Positions 9,854-20,017 of a stretch of DNA of 64,000 nt are shown here, piece after piece. Location of the stretch: NCBI GenBank assembly GCA_963530895.1, contig CAUSFO010000001.1:203-64202 (forward strand), read 5' to 3'. Origin of the DNA: an uncultured Flavobacteriaceae bacterium (GTDB taxonomy: Bacteria > Bacteroidota > Bacteroidia > Flavobacteriales > Weeksellaceae). The notes beneath the pieces are model-generated. The model had not been told where the DNA came from. It searched no databases and was given only the letters and a program-made list of their open reading frames with translations. Positions within the stretch are counted from its first letter, which is position 1, and every line of letters begins with the position of its first letter. Both the position numbers and the translations under genes were made by a program.

Positions 9854-10364
9854 ATCAAAATTAAAAGATATAAAAGCCTTCGTATTTGATGTAGATGGCG
9901 TTTTCACGGACGGAAGCATCGTTCTGATGCCAGATGGAAGCATGAGCCGCACGATGAATGTCTTGGACGGCTATGCTGTGACAAAAGCCATAAAAGCAGG
10001 CTATAGAATCGCTTGTATCACAGGAGGAAGCGACCCAATGGTGAAACACAGGCTCAATTATTTAGGGATAACGGATTATTACCCAAAATCCAACTACAAA
10101 CTTCAGAATTTTGAAGATTTTAAAGACAAATATGGTTTAAAAAACGATGATGTTTTGTCAATGGGAGATGATATCCCTGATTATGATATGCTTAGGCTGT
10201 CAGCTATCGGTGCTTGCCCGATCAATGCTGTTCCAGAAATTAAGAAAATTGCCGATTATATTTCGCCTATCCACGGCGGAAAAGGCTGTGTGCGAGATGT
10301 GATAGAACAAGTGATGAAAGTGCAGGGAAAATGGACAGAGGAGGATGATACCGCTTCTGTATAA
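9843..10364 (+). CDS. kdsC: HAD-IIIA phosphatase, KdsC-like (3-deoxy-D-manno-octulosonate 8-phosphate phosphatase)
   Basis: 173 aa. FVFDVDGVFTDG (HAD motif I), GDDIPD and HGGKGCVRDV motifs. Confidence 0.8.
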   Translation: MSYKSKLKDIKAFVFDVDGVFTDGSIVLMPDGSMSRTMNVLDGYAVTKAIKAGYRIACITGGSDPMVKHRLNYLGITDYYPKSNYKLQNFEDFKDKYGLKNDDVLSMGDDIPDYDMLRLSAIGACPINAVPEIKKIADYISPIHGGKGCVRDVIEQVMKVQGKWTEEDDTASV

Positions 10365-10375
10365 ATCAAAAAAAT

Positions 10376-10939
10376 ATGAAATTATACTTAGGTTCGCAGT
10401 CGCCGCGCCGCAGGGAATTACTCGGTTCTTTGGGATTTGATTTTGAAGTTGTTGATATAAAATGCTATGAGATTTATCCCGAAAATCTCCCTGCAAGTGA
10501 TGTTGCTGCTTTTCTTTCGGAGCTGAAAGCCAAGGCTTTCCGAAGTTTGGAGAAATCTGAAATTCTTCTGACTGCTGATACCGTGGTAGTTTTTGAAAAT
10601 AAAATTTTAGGAAAACCAAAATCCAGCGAGGAAGCCAAAGAAATGCTCAAAACACTTTCTGGAAAAACGCACCAAGTATACACTGCCGTAAGCATCAAAA
10701 CTCATGATAAAATCCTGACGCAAACCAATGTAGCGGATGTAAGTTTTTTGGATATTTCAGCGAAGGAGATAGATTTTTATGTTGATAAATTCCAGCCGAT
10801 GGACAAAGCAGGAAGCTACGGAATACAGGAATGGCTGGGAATGGCAAAAATTGATAAAATAAATGGGAGTTTCTACACCATCATGGGACTTCCTACGGCG
10901 GTGGTGTATTCCTTATTAAAAAAGGCTGAAACTGAATAA
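10376..10939 (+). CDS. maf: Maf family nucleoside triphosphate pyrophosphatase
   Basis: 187 aa. LGSQSPRRRELL, ADTVV and KAGSYGIQ motifs. Confidence 0.9.
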   Translation: MKLYLGSQSPRRRELLGSLGFDFEVVDIKCYEIYPENLPASDVAAFLSELKAKAFRSLEKSEILLTADTVVVFENKILGKPKSSEEAKEMLKTLSGKTHQVYTAVSIKTHDKILTQTNVADVSFLDISAKEIDFYVDKFQPMDKAGSYGIQEWLGMAKIDKINGSFYTIMGLPTAVVYSLLKKAETE

Positions 10940-10980
10940 TTATACAATAAAACACGAAATAATAGAGTTTAAAATAAACG

Positions 10981-13461
10981 ATGAAAAAAAACATATTCTT
11001 ATTGTCCGTTTTTGTCTTGGCTGTGGGCTGTTCCACAAGAAAGAACAAGTTTGTCAATAGAGCTTATCATAATTTTACAGCTTATTATAATACTCTTTTC
11101 CATGGAAAAGAAGCCCTGAAAGCCGAACTAAAATCGCAGAAGGAAAGTCACAGAGACAATTTCCAAGAAGGATACTTAGAGGTTTTTAGCCAAAATTCTT
11201 TGATTCCTGCCAGTGAAGAAGAAGACCTTGACGCTAATTTCTTTGGGGATGTTATCTCTTCTCCCATCCAAAAAAATAACATTGGTAATTTCCAAAAAGC
11301 AGAAGAAAAAGCCCTAAAAGCGATAGAAAAACACTCTATGGTTTTCGGGGGACAGCAGAAGAATAAAGAGATTTTTAATGCTTATCTTCTCCTGATAGAA
11401 TCTCGCATCTATCAAGGGAAATTAAGCTCTGCCTTAGAGGCTATCAGCCAAGTTTATCAGACTATGCCAAAGGACAAAAGGCTTCCTTTGGTGAAGATAT
11501 ACGAAGGGCTGATTTACTCCAAGATGAAAAACAACATCCGTGCGGAAGAAATTTTCTATGATTTAGATAAAAACTATACTCTTACCAAACAGCAAAAAGC
11601 AGTTCTGAGCGTTTATCAAGCTGAAAACCTGCTATATAGCAACAGAAAAGAAGAAGCCATAGACCATTTAGAAAAGGCTTTTGTCCTTAATAAATCCCGA
11701 CAAACGAAAAGCAGAATCGCCTATCTTCGAGGGCAGATTTTGGCGGAATTGGGAAATATGGAAGAAGCCCGAGAAAGCTTCGTAACGGCGTATAAATATT
11801 CTAATGATTTTGAATTAGAAGTAAAATCACAAATAGAAATCGCCAAGACTTTTAACAATGACAAAGACTATGAAGAGGCTAAAAAATATTTGGAAAACAT
11901 AAGCAAAAAAGGAACTTATGCTTCCAGAAAAAATGAATTTTACTACGCTCTAGGGCTGTTGGCAGCCAAAACAGGAAAAGAAAGCGAAGCCAATGAGTTT
12001 TTCCAAAAATCCATCAGAGAACAGATATCCGACCCGCATATCCGTGGGATGGCCTATTACGAAATCGGAAAATCACATTTCAAAAAAAGCGATTATATAA
12101 AGGCTGGAGCTTACTATGACAGTGCTGTGAGTGTCATAGAACATGCTCCTACAAAGGATAAAATAAAAGAACTCTCCACCAACATCAAGAACATTTCTAA
12201 AAACTACTACCTCATCAAGAAAAATGACAGTATTTTGGCTCTTACCAAAATGTCTGAAAATGAGCTGAATGACTTTTTTCAGAAACACATCAATGAGCTG
12301 AAAGAAAAAGAAGAAAAAATAGAGCTGGCAAAGAGAAAGGAAAAGAAAAATAAGGAATTTGAAAACTATTTTTCTTATGACAGCAGCTCTGATTTCAAAG
12401 GATTTGAAGATAATTTCACCAGCCAAAAGGGAAATAAATTTTATTTTGCTAACGAAATTACTGTAGCCAAAGGAAGTAATGAATTTAGGAAAATATGGCA
12501 AAACAGAACGCTGAGCGACAACTGGAGATATGGCGAGGATAATAAGCCGAGCGGTTCTTTGGATGATTTAGAAAATGAGGCTCTGGGCAGAACTCCTGCT
12601 GATGCTAGGAGATTCGAAATTGCTTTCTATACTGAAAAAATCCCAAAAGAGAAAAAAGCGATTTTAGCGCTGAAAAAAGAACGAGACAGTGCTAGTCTGG
12701 AACTGGGCAGAATGTATGAAACCTATTTCCAGAACACACCACTCGCTACCAAAACATTATATGATTTGGTGGACAATCAGCCTGAAAAAGAGGTAAAACT
12801 ACAGGCTCTATACCTCATCTTCTCCATGAATCATGAGAACACTCCTAATCAGGCAGAAAGAGCCAAAAATATCATCATTCAGGAATTTCCAGATACACCT
12901 TATGCTATTTTCGTGAAAAATCCTAGAAATACCAATTTCACAGAATCCGAAGAAGAGGTGAAAAAAGTCTATCAAAAGGCCTATGTTCTGTATAATGAAG
13001 AAAAATACAAAGAAGCACAGAACATTGTAAATCAAGCCGTTGAGAAATATCCGAAAGATGCTCTCATTCCTAAATTTGAGCTGCTAAATGCATTCATCAT
13101 CGGAAGAAGCGAGAGCAAGGAAAAAATGATTTCTTCTCTACAGCAGATTGTCCTAAACTATGAAAGAACCAATGAAGGGAAAAAGGCCAAAGAGATTTTA
13201 GATTTCTTAGTTCCATCTAAGAAAAAAGAGGTCGATGAAATGAAAAACAAGGAAACAGAAAACAAAGAACAAAATCCTGAACCTGAAACCACTGAAAACG
13301 AAACGGATATCATCTCTATAAATGAATCTGAAACTTCAGCTAAAATAGAGGAAATACCGCAAGAAAAACCAAAAGAAACTCCAAAAGAGGAACAAAAGAA
13401 ACAAAAACCTACAAAACTAGAACGACCAGTCCAAAGCTGGGAAAAACAGTATTTAGATTAA
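10981..13461 (+). CDS. TPR-repeat lipoprotein, PorW/SprE-like (type IX secretion / gliding)
   Basis: 826 aa. Lipoprotein signal (LAVGCS). The N-terminus CSTRKNKFVNRAYHNFTAYYNTLFHG resembles the SprE/PorW N-terminus as I recall it. TPR-like repeats through the body and a Lys/Glu/Pro/Thr-rich tail. Confidence 0.6.
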   Translation: MKKNIFLLSVFVLAVGCSTRKNKFVNRAYHNFTAYYNTLFHGKEALKAELKSQKESHRDNFQEGYLEVFSQNSLIPASEEEDLDANFFGDVISSPIQKNNIGNFQKAEEKALKAIEKHSMVFGGQQKNKEIFNAYLLLIESRIYQGKLSSALEAISQVYQTMPKDKRLPLVKIYEGLIYSKMKNNIRAEEIFYDLDKNYTLTKQQKAVLSVYQAENLLYSNRKEEAIDHLEKAFVLNKSRQTKSRIAYLRGQILAELGNMEEARESFVTAYKYSNDFELEVKSQIEIAKTFNNDKDYEEAKKYLENISKKGTYASRKNEFYYALGLLAAKTGKESEANEFFQKSIREQISDPHIRGMAYYEIGKSHFKKSDYIKAGAYYDSAVSVIEHAPTKDKIKELSTNIKNISKNYYLIKKNDSILALTKMSENELNDFFQKHINELKEKEEKIELAKRKEKKNKEFENYFSYDSSSDFKGFEDNFTSQKGNKFYFANEITVAKGSNEFRKIWQNRTLSDNWRYGEDNKPSGSLDDLENEALGRTPADARRFEIAFYTEKIPKEKKAILALKKERDSASLELGRMYETYFQNTPLATKTLYDLVDNQPEKEVKLQALYLIFSMNHENTPNQAERAKNIIIQEFPDTPYAIFVKNPRNTNFTESEEEVKKVYQKAYVLYNEEKYKEAQNIVNQAVEKYPKDALIPKFELLNAFIIGRSESKEKMISSLQQIVLNYERTNEGKKAKEILDFLVPSKKKEVDEMKNKETENKEQNPEPETTENETDIISINESETSAKIEEIPQEKPKETPKEEQKKQKPTKLERPVQSWEKQYLD

Positions 13462-13463
13462 TA

Positions 13464-13505
13464 AAAAACCAGCATCAAATGTTTCTCTGATGCTGGTTTT
13501 TTATT
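13464..13505. terminator. bidirectional rho-independent terminator
   Basis: Stem CCAGCATCA (13469-13477) / TGATGCTGG (13488-13496), flanked by an A-run and a T-run, between convergent genes. Confidence 0.7.
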
Positions 13506-13533
13506 TTACATTAAAATTTATGTTATAAGAAAA

Positions 13534-14199
13534 TTACTTTTTCTTCACTCCGTGAAAATCTTTCAAGTAAAACGGCTCGAAATAGACAATATCTTCAAAG
13601 TCTTTTTGCTTGTATTTTTCTACGGCTTTTTTTATCAAGTATTTCGCTGATGGATAGATATTTTCATTGTATTCAGCCTGTGAAAGTTTTAGTGTCTGCT
13701 GTGCTTTCAGAGAGCCATCTCCTACGAAAAGTATTTTTTTGCCCTCATATTCTTGGAAAGATTCTTCATCCAAAATCTTCGCGTTTGTCTCTACCAGCAT
13801 CTGCCCTGATTTCCCATCAAAAACAGCCGTATAGACCTCCATTCTACGGGCATCTATGAGTGGAATTACCAAATCATAATCGCCCAAAAAAGGCTCTACC
13901 ATAGTTTCCAGAGAATTTACCGTTACCAAAGGAATACCAAGCCCAAAACAAAAGCCCTTCGCCGAGGCCGCTCCTATCCGAAGTCCTGTATAAGACCCTG
14001 GCCCTTTTCCTAGCGAAACTGCATCCAAATCCTTCAACTTTATTTCGGCTCCTTCCAGAGCCCATTCTATATAAGTGTGGAGATTTTCGGATTGTTTATA
14101 ATCCTGCGATACTTTCTCACAAAGACAAAGCAGTTTTTCATTGGACGAAATGGCAATAGAGCAGTTTTTAGACGAAGTCTCTATGTGTAGAATTTTCAT
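13534..14199 (-). CDS. tsaB: tRNA threonylcarbamoyladenosine biosynthesis protein TsaB
   Basis: 221 aa. MKILHIETSS...GPGSYTGLRIG is typical of TsaB/YeaZ. Confidence 0.85.
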   Translation of the reverse strand: MKILHIETSSKNCSIAISSNEKLLCLCEKVSQDYKQSENLHTYIEWALEGAEIKLKDLDAVSLGKGPGSYTGLRIGAASAKGFCFGLGIPLVTVNSLETMVEPFLGDYDLVIPLIDARRMEVYTAVFDGKSGQMLVETNAKILDEESFQEYEGKKILFVGDGSLKAQQTLKLSQAEYNENIYPSAKYLIKKAVEKYKQKDFEDIVYFEPFYLKDFHGVKKK

Positions 14200-14230
14200 T
14201 CAGCAAAATTAATTTTTTTATTTAAAATCC

Positions 14231-14599
14231 TCAAATATCTATGATTTCAAAAGCATTTTTTATATGCTTGATTTGGAATTGATTTTCTTCATTCGGAAGA
14301 ATGGCGATTATATCAAACCTTGCTTCCTTGTCTATTTCATTTTCTTCCAAAAAATGGCTCGCAGCGGAGATGAGCAGCCTGATTTTCTTCTTATTCACCG
14401 CCTCTTCTGGACTCAGGAAAGTATCTGTGCTTCTGGCCTTTACTTCTATTATAACTATCTGATTTTCAGTCTCTGCGATGATATCTATTTCAGCTTTTAG
14501 ATAGCGGTAGTTTTTGACTAAAATTTTATAGCCTTTCTTTTCCAAAAACTCTACGGCTAGATTTTCGGATTCCTTTCCAAAGTCGTTATGCTCAGCCAT
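14231..14599 (-). CDS. yraN: YraN family (UPF0102) endonuclease-like protein
   Basis: 122 aa. G(K/E)xxExLAVEFLEKKGYKIL...EIDIIA...VIIEVKAR pattern. Confidence 0.85.
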   Translation of the reverse strand: MAEHNDFGKESENLAVEFLEKKGYKILVKNYRYLKAEIDIIAETENQIVIIEVKARSTDTFLSPEEAVNKKKIRLLISAASHFLEENEIDKEARFDIIAILPNEENQFQIKHIKNAFEIIDI

Positions 14600-14607
14600 T
14601 GATGGAA

Positions 14608-15540
14608 TTATAAGAATTCTACTTTTGCTTCCGTTTCGGAAATGTTCAGTTTTATTTCAGATCCTAAAATCAGCGGCACATTATCAAAAATATGCCCATT
14701 AGGAAAAGCGAACAGCTTTGGGAAAGAATATTTCTTGAGCCTTTCGGCGATGATTTCATAAGCCATAGCATCACAACTATACTCATAATCAGGGTTTTCT
14801 GCCTCGTTTCCCATGTTAATCATCCCTCCAATGATGATACCCTTTATTTTCCTAAAAACACCAGCCAAATCGAGAGAAATGAGCATTCTGTCCAGCGAAT
14901 AAAAATTCTCGCCGATGTCTTCTATAAACAAAATTTTGTCCCTGAAATCCACTGAATACGAGCTTCCCAAAAGAGCATAGACCAGCGCCAGATTTCCGCC
15001 GACCAAAACACCCTCCACACTTCCGTGGTTATTCTGCGGATGTGGAGCGACCTGATATTTAGGCTTTTTCCCGCTGAAAATATTGAAAATCTCTTCGTAA
15101 CTTTCCGCTGAAACTCCAAAAGATGAGGTCTTCAGGGTTTGTCCGTGGATACTCGCAAAGCCCTTTTTCAAGAGGAAACTTTGGATAACGGTATTATCCG
15201 AATAGCCGATATACCATTTGGGATTTTCTTTGAAATGATTGAGTTTTAGATGTCCCAAAAGATGCTGACAGCCATAGCCACCGCGCGTAGCCCAGATGGC
15301 AGAGACCTCATCACTGTTCAACGCCCAGTTCAGGTCAGCAATTCGCTGTTTTTCCGTTCCAGAATAGCTGTACCCAAAGGAAAATCTGCCCAAGCAATGA
15401 GGGCTGAGAACAGGCTCATAGCCTTTGGATTTGATTAGTTCCAGCGTGGATAAAATCTGCCCTTCTTCTACCGAACCAGCAGGAGAAACGACTGCTATTT
15501 TATCACCTTTTTTAAGGGTTTTTGGGAATATGACCGCCAT
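14608..15540 (-). CDS. LD-carboxypeptidase (peptidase S66, LdcA-like)
   Basis: 310 aa. LKKGDKIAVVSPAG, GYSDNT (nucleophile Ser) and a C-terminal FPNGH motif. Confidence 0.85.
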   Translation of the reverse strand: MAVIFPKTLKKGDKIAVVSPAGSVEEGQILSTLELIKSKGYEPVLSPHCLGRFSFGYSYSGTEKQRIADLNWALNSDEVSAIWATRGGYGCQHLLGHLKLNHFKENPKWYIGYSDNTVIQSFLLKKGFASIHGQTLKTSSFGVSAESYEEIFNIFSGKKPKYQVAPHPQNNHGSVEGVLVGGNLALVYALLGSSYSVDFRDKILFIEDIGENFYSLDRMLISLDLAGVFRKIKGIIIGGMINMGNEAENPDYEYSCDAMAYEIIAERLKKYSFPKLFAFPNGHIFDNVPLILGSEIKLNISETEAKVEFL

Positions 15541-15564
15541 AAGTGTCTGTTATTGAATATCTTT

Positions 15565-16242
15565 TTATTTTATTTCTTCGAGTTTGATGCCTTTTTCTTC
15601 TAATCTTTTGTCCAGTTGGTTAAAGGATTTAAAACTTTGAAGGAAAATAAACACGCTCAGAATCAGCAGAATAAAGCCTACGCCTTTTCGGATTTTATTG
15701 GCCACCTGTTGATTGAGTTTATTGTGAAATTGTTTCGCCAAGTAGATTTTTGCCAAGTCTATCAAAAGATATGTCCCGATAACCAAGCCGATATAAAGCA
15801 AAAATCTGCCCGTGTCAGGATAGTTTTTTCTAATGAAAATGACGGTTACCAGCCAAAAAAGCACCACGCCAATGTTCAGAATATTGAGCAGGAAACCATT
15901 GAGAAAAGTTTTCAGATAGTTTTGGTTGATGAGTCTTTCCTCGCCTGCGATGTGCATTCTGGTTTTGGAAACAATCATATAAATCCCATAAACAAAGATA
16001 ATAAGCGCCGAAATCCTATAAAAACTCGGGTATTGGTCTATGATATGGATAATGTCCTGACTGCTGAAATACGCCGCCACAATGCACACTATATCCGCAA
16101 AAACCACGCCCAAATCCAGCGCCAATGCATGCCGAGGTCCTCGCGAAAGGCTGGTCTCCACCAAAAGGAAAAAAACAGGCCCGATGAATACCAAACTAAG
16201 CATAAAACCCAAACCGACAGCAGAAAAAATAAGCTCTATCAT
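15565..16242 (-). CDS. LysE family amino-acid exporter
   Basis: 225 aa, about six hydrophobic helices. N-terminal GPVFFLLVETSLSRG pattern is typical of LysE/RhtB. Confidence 0.75.
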   Translation of the reverse strand: MIELIFSAVGLGFMLSLVFIGPVFFLLVETSLSRGPRHALALDLGVVFADIVCIVAAYFSSQDIIHIIDQYPSFYRISALIIFVYGIYMIVSKTRMHIAGEERLINQNYLKTFLNGFLLNILNIGVVLFWLVTVIFIRKNYPDTGRFLLYIGLVIGTYLLIDLAKIYLAKQFHNKLNQQVANKIRKGVGFILLILSVFIFLQSFKSFNQLDKRLEEKGIKLEEIK

Positions 16243-16303
16243 AGGATGCTAATTCTTAATTGAAACTCCAAAAATACGGAATTTATTTTTAGATGAAAAT
16301 CAT

Positions 16304-16311
16304 TATATTTG
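16304..16311 (+). promoter_or_regulatory. -7 box (TAnnTTTG) upstream of the disrupted lipoprotein gene
   Basis: TATATTTG lies 27 nt upstream of the ATG at 16339. Confidence 0.35.
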
Positions 16312-16338
16312 TCCAAATAATTTTAAATTCAATATAAA

Positions 16339-17218
16339 ATGAAAAAACTTTTATTTTCGGCTCTTATGGGAGCAATGATGATTTCGTGTAACAGGGATAA
16401 TGATAATGTAAATCCTGCACCTGCAATTGATGACACAAGTATTCTTCCAACCAAATTCACCTATTTTAGATTTGGTGATGATGAGGAAGTGATTACTTTT
16501 AGTTATGATGGAAACAAGTTGGTAAAACTTACCCAAAATAACAAAGATGTAATTTAACTTATACAGGAGATTTAATTACTTCTGTAAGGTCTGATGATAA
16601 ATACCTTGAGTTTAGTTATGATGCTAATGGGAATCTTATGCATGAATACGAAGAACTTTATAACCAAGGTGTTAAAACTAATGAAAAAAGTACAACATAT
16701 ATCGTCAATGGCTCTACTATAACAGCAGAACAAACATCTGAAAATTATGATTCTTCAGGTAGATGGCTAAATTATACAACTGTATCTACAATCACCTACA
16801 CATTAGATGCAAAGAAAAGACCAATAAAAGAAATAGAAGTTTCTGAAAAGAAAGATGCGATAGGTAATATCGCTCAAAAAGATAATAATATCTCTACTTA
16901 CGAATATGCTAATCATCATAGTTTTTTAAAAAACATAAAAGGAATGGATAAACTTTACTATTCATCTCTTAAAATTGGATTAAAAAAAATTAGCGGCATG
17001 GTATTTCCTTATTCTTATACAAAAGATGAAGCAAATGCAACTATTTATGATGGTTCTGGCAATCCTTCTTTCGATGAAAATTTTGCATATGAGACTAAGG
17101 CAGAATATACCTAAACGCTAACAACTATCCTACGAAAATAGTATACAAAACTAAATATTATGACACAGGAGAATTTGAAGATGGCGGTTCTTATTACACT
17201 ATAGAATACAACAAATAA
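16339..17218 (+). pseudogene. lipoprotein gene interrupted by two frameshifts
   Basis: One continuous reading is split over three frames. Frame 1 covers 16339-16557 (signal plus lipobox MMISCN). Frame 3 is open from 16542 to 17114. Frame 2 is open from 17099 to TAA 17216-17218 (NANNYPTKIVYKTKYYDTGEFEDGGSYYTIEYNK*). FSYDGN / FSYDANGN repeat motifs continue across the first junction. Confidence 0.6.
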
Positions 17219-17221
17219 CAC

Positions 17222-17251
17222 AAAAACTCCCTTTTTTAGGGAGTTTTTTTT
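17222..17251. terminator. bidirectional rho-independent terminator
   Basis: AAAAACTCCC-TTTTTTA-GGGAGTTTTTTTTT, between the lipoprotein pseudogene (+) and rnr (-). Confidence 0.65.
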
Positions 17252-17258
17252 ATTGCTG

Positions 17259-19406
17259 TTATTCTACTATTTTAAAATCCAATTGTTTCTGGATGAGGTT
17301 GGCTTTTACTACTTGTATTTTTATCTCATCACCGAGGCGGTAGGTTTTGCCTGACTTGGTACCTACAATAGAATGCGCCTTCGAATCATGGAAGTAGGAA
17401 TCATCCATCAGGTCTCTCAGTTTTATCATACCTTCGGCACCGTTTTCAGGTATTTCTACCCAGAAGCCGTAGTCTGCCACACCCGAGATTACCCCCGTGA
17501 AATCCTGACCTACTTTGTCCTCCATGAACTTCACCTGCATGTATTTTATAGAATCCCGCTCTGCATTGGCAGCCAGTCTTTCCCTATCGCTGCAGTGTTT
17601 GCAGTATTCTTCGTATTCCTCTCTGTTTGGCGATTTTCCACCATCCAGATAATGCTGGAGCAGTCTATGCGCCATGAGGTCTGGATAACGGCGAATAGGC
17701 GAAGTAAAGTGCGAATAATATGGGAATGCTAGTCCGTAGTGCCCTATATTCTCGGTAGAATAGACCGCCTTGCTCATACTTCTCATCGCTAGGGTTTCTA
17801 CCATGTTTTCTTCGCCTTTTCCTGCCACATCTTTTAGGAGTTTGTTCATACTTTCGGCTATTTTTTGAGAATTGGAAATATTCATTTTGTAACCGAGTGT
17901 CTGCACGAAATCCCTCAGTGCTTCCAGTTTAGCTGGGTCTGGGTCATCGTGGATACGATAGATAAAGGTATTATGAGTCGGTTCGCCCTTTCTGGAAAGA
18001 GATACATACTCGGAAACTTTTCTGTTTGCCAACAGCATAAACTCCTCTATCAGGTGGTTAGAATCTTTACTGATTTTAAAATAAACCCCGATAGGATTAT
18101 TGTTTTCATCAAGGTTAAATCTCACCTCACTGCGGTCAAAGGCGATAGCTCCTTTCTTTAATCTCTCTTTTCTGAGAATCTTCGCCAAGTGGTCTAATGC
18201 CAGTATTTCCTCTGCTAAATCTCCTTTTCCTGTTTCTATACGCTCTTGGGCTTCTTCGTAGGAGAACCTTCTATCGGAATGGATGACCGTACGCCCAAAC
18301 CACTGCTTCACTATCTCTGCCCTGTCATTCATCTCAAACACCGCCGAAAAAGCGTATCTATCTACATTTGGCTTTAGCGAACAGAGGTCGTTACTAAGAA
18401 TCTCTGGGAGCATGGGAACTACCCTATCCACGAGATAAACGGAAGTCGCACGGCTGTATGCTTCCTCATCAAGGAGCGTTCCTGGCTGCACATAGTGGGA
18501 TACATCGGCAATGTGTACGCCTATTTCCCAGTTTCCGTTGTCTAATTTTTTCAGCGATAGTGCATCATCAAAATCCTTGGCATCTTTCGGGTCTATGGTG
18601 AAAGTAAGTGTCCCCCGCATGTCTCTCCTTTTTTTCAGCTCTTCGGGAGTGATTTCTCGGCTGATTTTATTCGCGAAATCCTCTACTTCCTCAGGGAAAT
18701 GGTAGGGAAGTTCATATTCGGCAAGGATAGAATGGATTTCCGTTTCGTGTTCGCCTGGTTTTCCTAATACTTTGATGATTTCCCCTTCTGGGTTTTTGGA
18801 ATTGATATCCCATTGGAGCATTTTCACGACTACTTTATCCCCATCTTTGGCTCCGTGGATTTTGGATTTAGGAATGAAAATATCGGTATTGATAACCTTT
18901 TTATCACAAACCACAAACCCGAAATCCTTATATTTCACATACTCAAATGTCCCCACGAAAGAGTCTTTGGCTCTCTCCAAGACTTCTAATACAGAGCCTT
19001 CCAGCTTTCTCCCCTTGAAGTTGTAAGTGATAATTAAGACCTTATCGCCCTGCAAAGCATCTTTTACATTTTTCTGATGGATGAAAATATCCTCGTCCAG
19101 TCCCTCCACGCTTACATAGGCATTTCCATTGAGCGCAAAGTCTATCGTCCCTGTCAGCGTTTCTTTTATCTGCAGGTTCACCATATATTTTCCTTTTTCT
19201 ACTTCTTTTATTTTATCTTGGGCTCTCAGTTTGTGCAGAGTCTGGATGACCAGCTCTCTCTGGCGCGGATTTTTGTAGTCTATGCCGTCTGCTATCTGTT
19301 TGTAATTGTATATTTTTGAATTTTTCTTATTCATAAATCGGAGAATGAGTCTTCCGATACTCTCCAATTTGTATTGTTGTTTTTGTGATTTATTTTTTTT
19401 CTTCAT
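17259..19406 (-). CDS. rnr: ribonuclease R
   Basis: 715 aa. RNB catalytic region (IDPKDAKDFDDALS), cold-shock-like N-terminal domains and a C-terminal S1 domain. Confidence 0.93.
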   Translation of the reverse strand: MKKKNKSQKQQYKLESIGRLILRFMNKKNSKIYNYKQIADGIDYKNPRQRELVIQTLHKLRAQDKIKEVEKGKYMVNLQIKETLTGTIDFALNGNAYVSVEGLDEDIFIHQKNVKDALQGDKVLIITYNFKGRKLEGSVLEVLERAKDSFVGTFEYVKYKDFGFVVCDKKVINTDIFIPKSKIHGAKDGDKVVVKMLQWDINSKNPEGEIIKVLGKPGEHETEIHSILAEYELPYHFPEEVEDFANKISREITPEELKKRRDMRGTLTFTIDPKDAKDFDDALSLKKLDNGNWEIGVHIADVSHYVQPGTLLDEEAYSRATSVYLVDRVVPMLPEILSNDLCSLKPNVDRYAFSAVFEMNDRAEIVKQWFGRTVIHSDRRFSYEEAQERIETGKGDLAEEILALDHLAKILRKERLKKGAIAFDRSEVRFNLDENNNPIGVYFKISKDSNHLIEEFMLLANRKVSEYVSLSRKGEPTHNTFIYRIHDDPDPAKLEALRDFVQTLGYKMNISNSQKIAESMNKLLKDVAGKGEENMVETLAMRSMSKAVYSTENIGHYGLAFPYYSHFTSPIRRYPDLMAHRLLQHYLDGGKSPNREEYEEYCKHCSDRERLAANAERDSIKYMQVKFMEDKVGQDFTGVISGVADYGFWVEIPENGAEGMIKLRDLMDDSYFHDSKAHSIVGTKSGKTYRLGDEIKIQVVKANLIQKQLDFKIVE

Positions 19407-19467
19407 AAATGTTTTTTCTTAAAAATTTTGTTCTTCAAATATAACATTATTTATGCTTTTTTCACCA

Positions 19468-19504
19468 AAAATCCCCCTTCATCTTTTTATAAGAAGGGGG
19501 ATTG
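19468..19504 (-). terminator. rho-independent terminator downstream of rpiB
   Basis: Stem ATCCCCCTTC / GAAGGGGGAT. On the minus strand it is followed by TTTTTGGTG. Confidence 0.6.
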
Positions 19505-19533
19505 AATTACAAAAAACAAAAATCGTTATTTTC

Positions 19534-19962
19534 CTATGGTTTTATTTTATCCACTCTCAACTGGTGTCTACCTCCTTCAAATTCCGCGGTAAGGAATGCT
19601 TTTGCAATTTCCAAAGCTTCTTCATTGCTCACGAATCTTGCTGGAATTGCTACCATATTAGCATCATTGTGCTGTCTTGTCAAAGCTGCAACTTCTGGGT
19701 TCCAAGCCAGTCCAGCTCGGATACCGTCATGTTTATTGGCTGCCATCTGCATACCATTTCCTGTTCCACATACTAAAATTCCCAAAACGCAGTCTCCCTT
19801 TTCGATAGAAGTAGCGGCTGGATGAGCAAAATCTGGATAATCTACACTTTCTTTGAAAAATGTCCCAAAATCCACCATGTTATAATCTGCTTTTAGTTTT
19901 CTTTTTAGAAAATCTTTCATCTCGTGACCTGCGTGGTCAGATGCTATTGCTATGTTTATCAT
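19534..19962 (-). CDS. rpiB: ribose 5-phosphate isomerase B
   Basis: 142 aa. MINIAIASDHAGHEMK...GILVCGTGNGMQMAANK. Confidence 0.92.
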   Translation of the reverse strand: MINIAIASDHAGHEMKDFLKRKLKADYNMVDFGTFFKESVDYPDFAHPAATSIEKGDCVLGILVCGTGNGMQMAANKHDGIRAGLAWNPEVAALTRQHNDANMVAIPARFVSNEEALEIAKAFLTAEFEGGRHQLRVDKIKP

Positions 19963-20017
19963 ATCTATTCTATTTTTCTTTTTGCAAAAATATTATTTTA
20001 GCAAGGTTTAAGACAAA

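Noticed and set aside
15616-16263. 215-aa ORF on the plus strand
   Set aside because: It is entirely antisense to the LysE-family gene. Its K/H/Q/N/R-rich composition is typical of the mirror frame of a membrane protein, and it has no motif or promoter context.
16542-17114. Programmed -1 ribosomal frameshifting as an explanation for the split lipoprotein gene
   Set aside because: Neither junction window has a slippery X XXY YYZ heptamer or an obvious downstream stimulatory structure. Two such events in one small lipoprotein gene would be unprecedented. A pseudogene or assembly error is the simpler reading.
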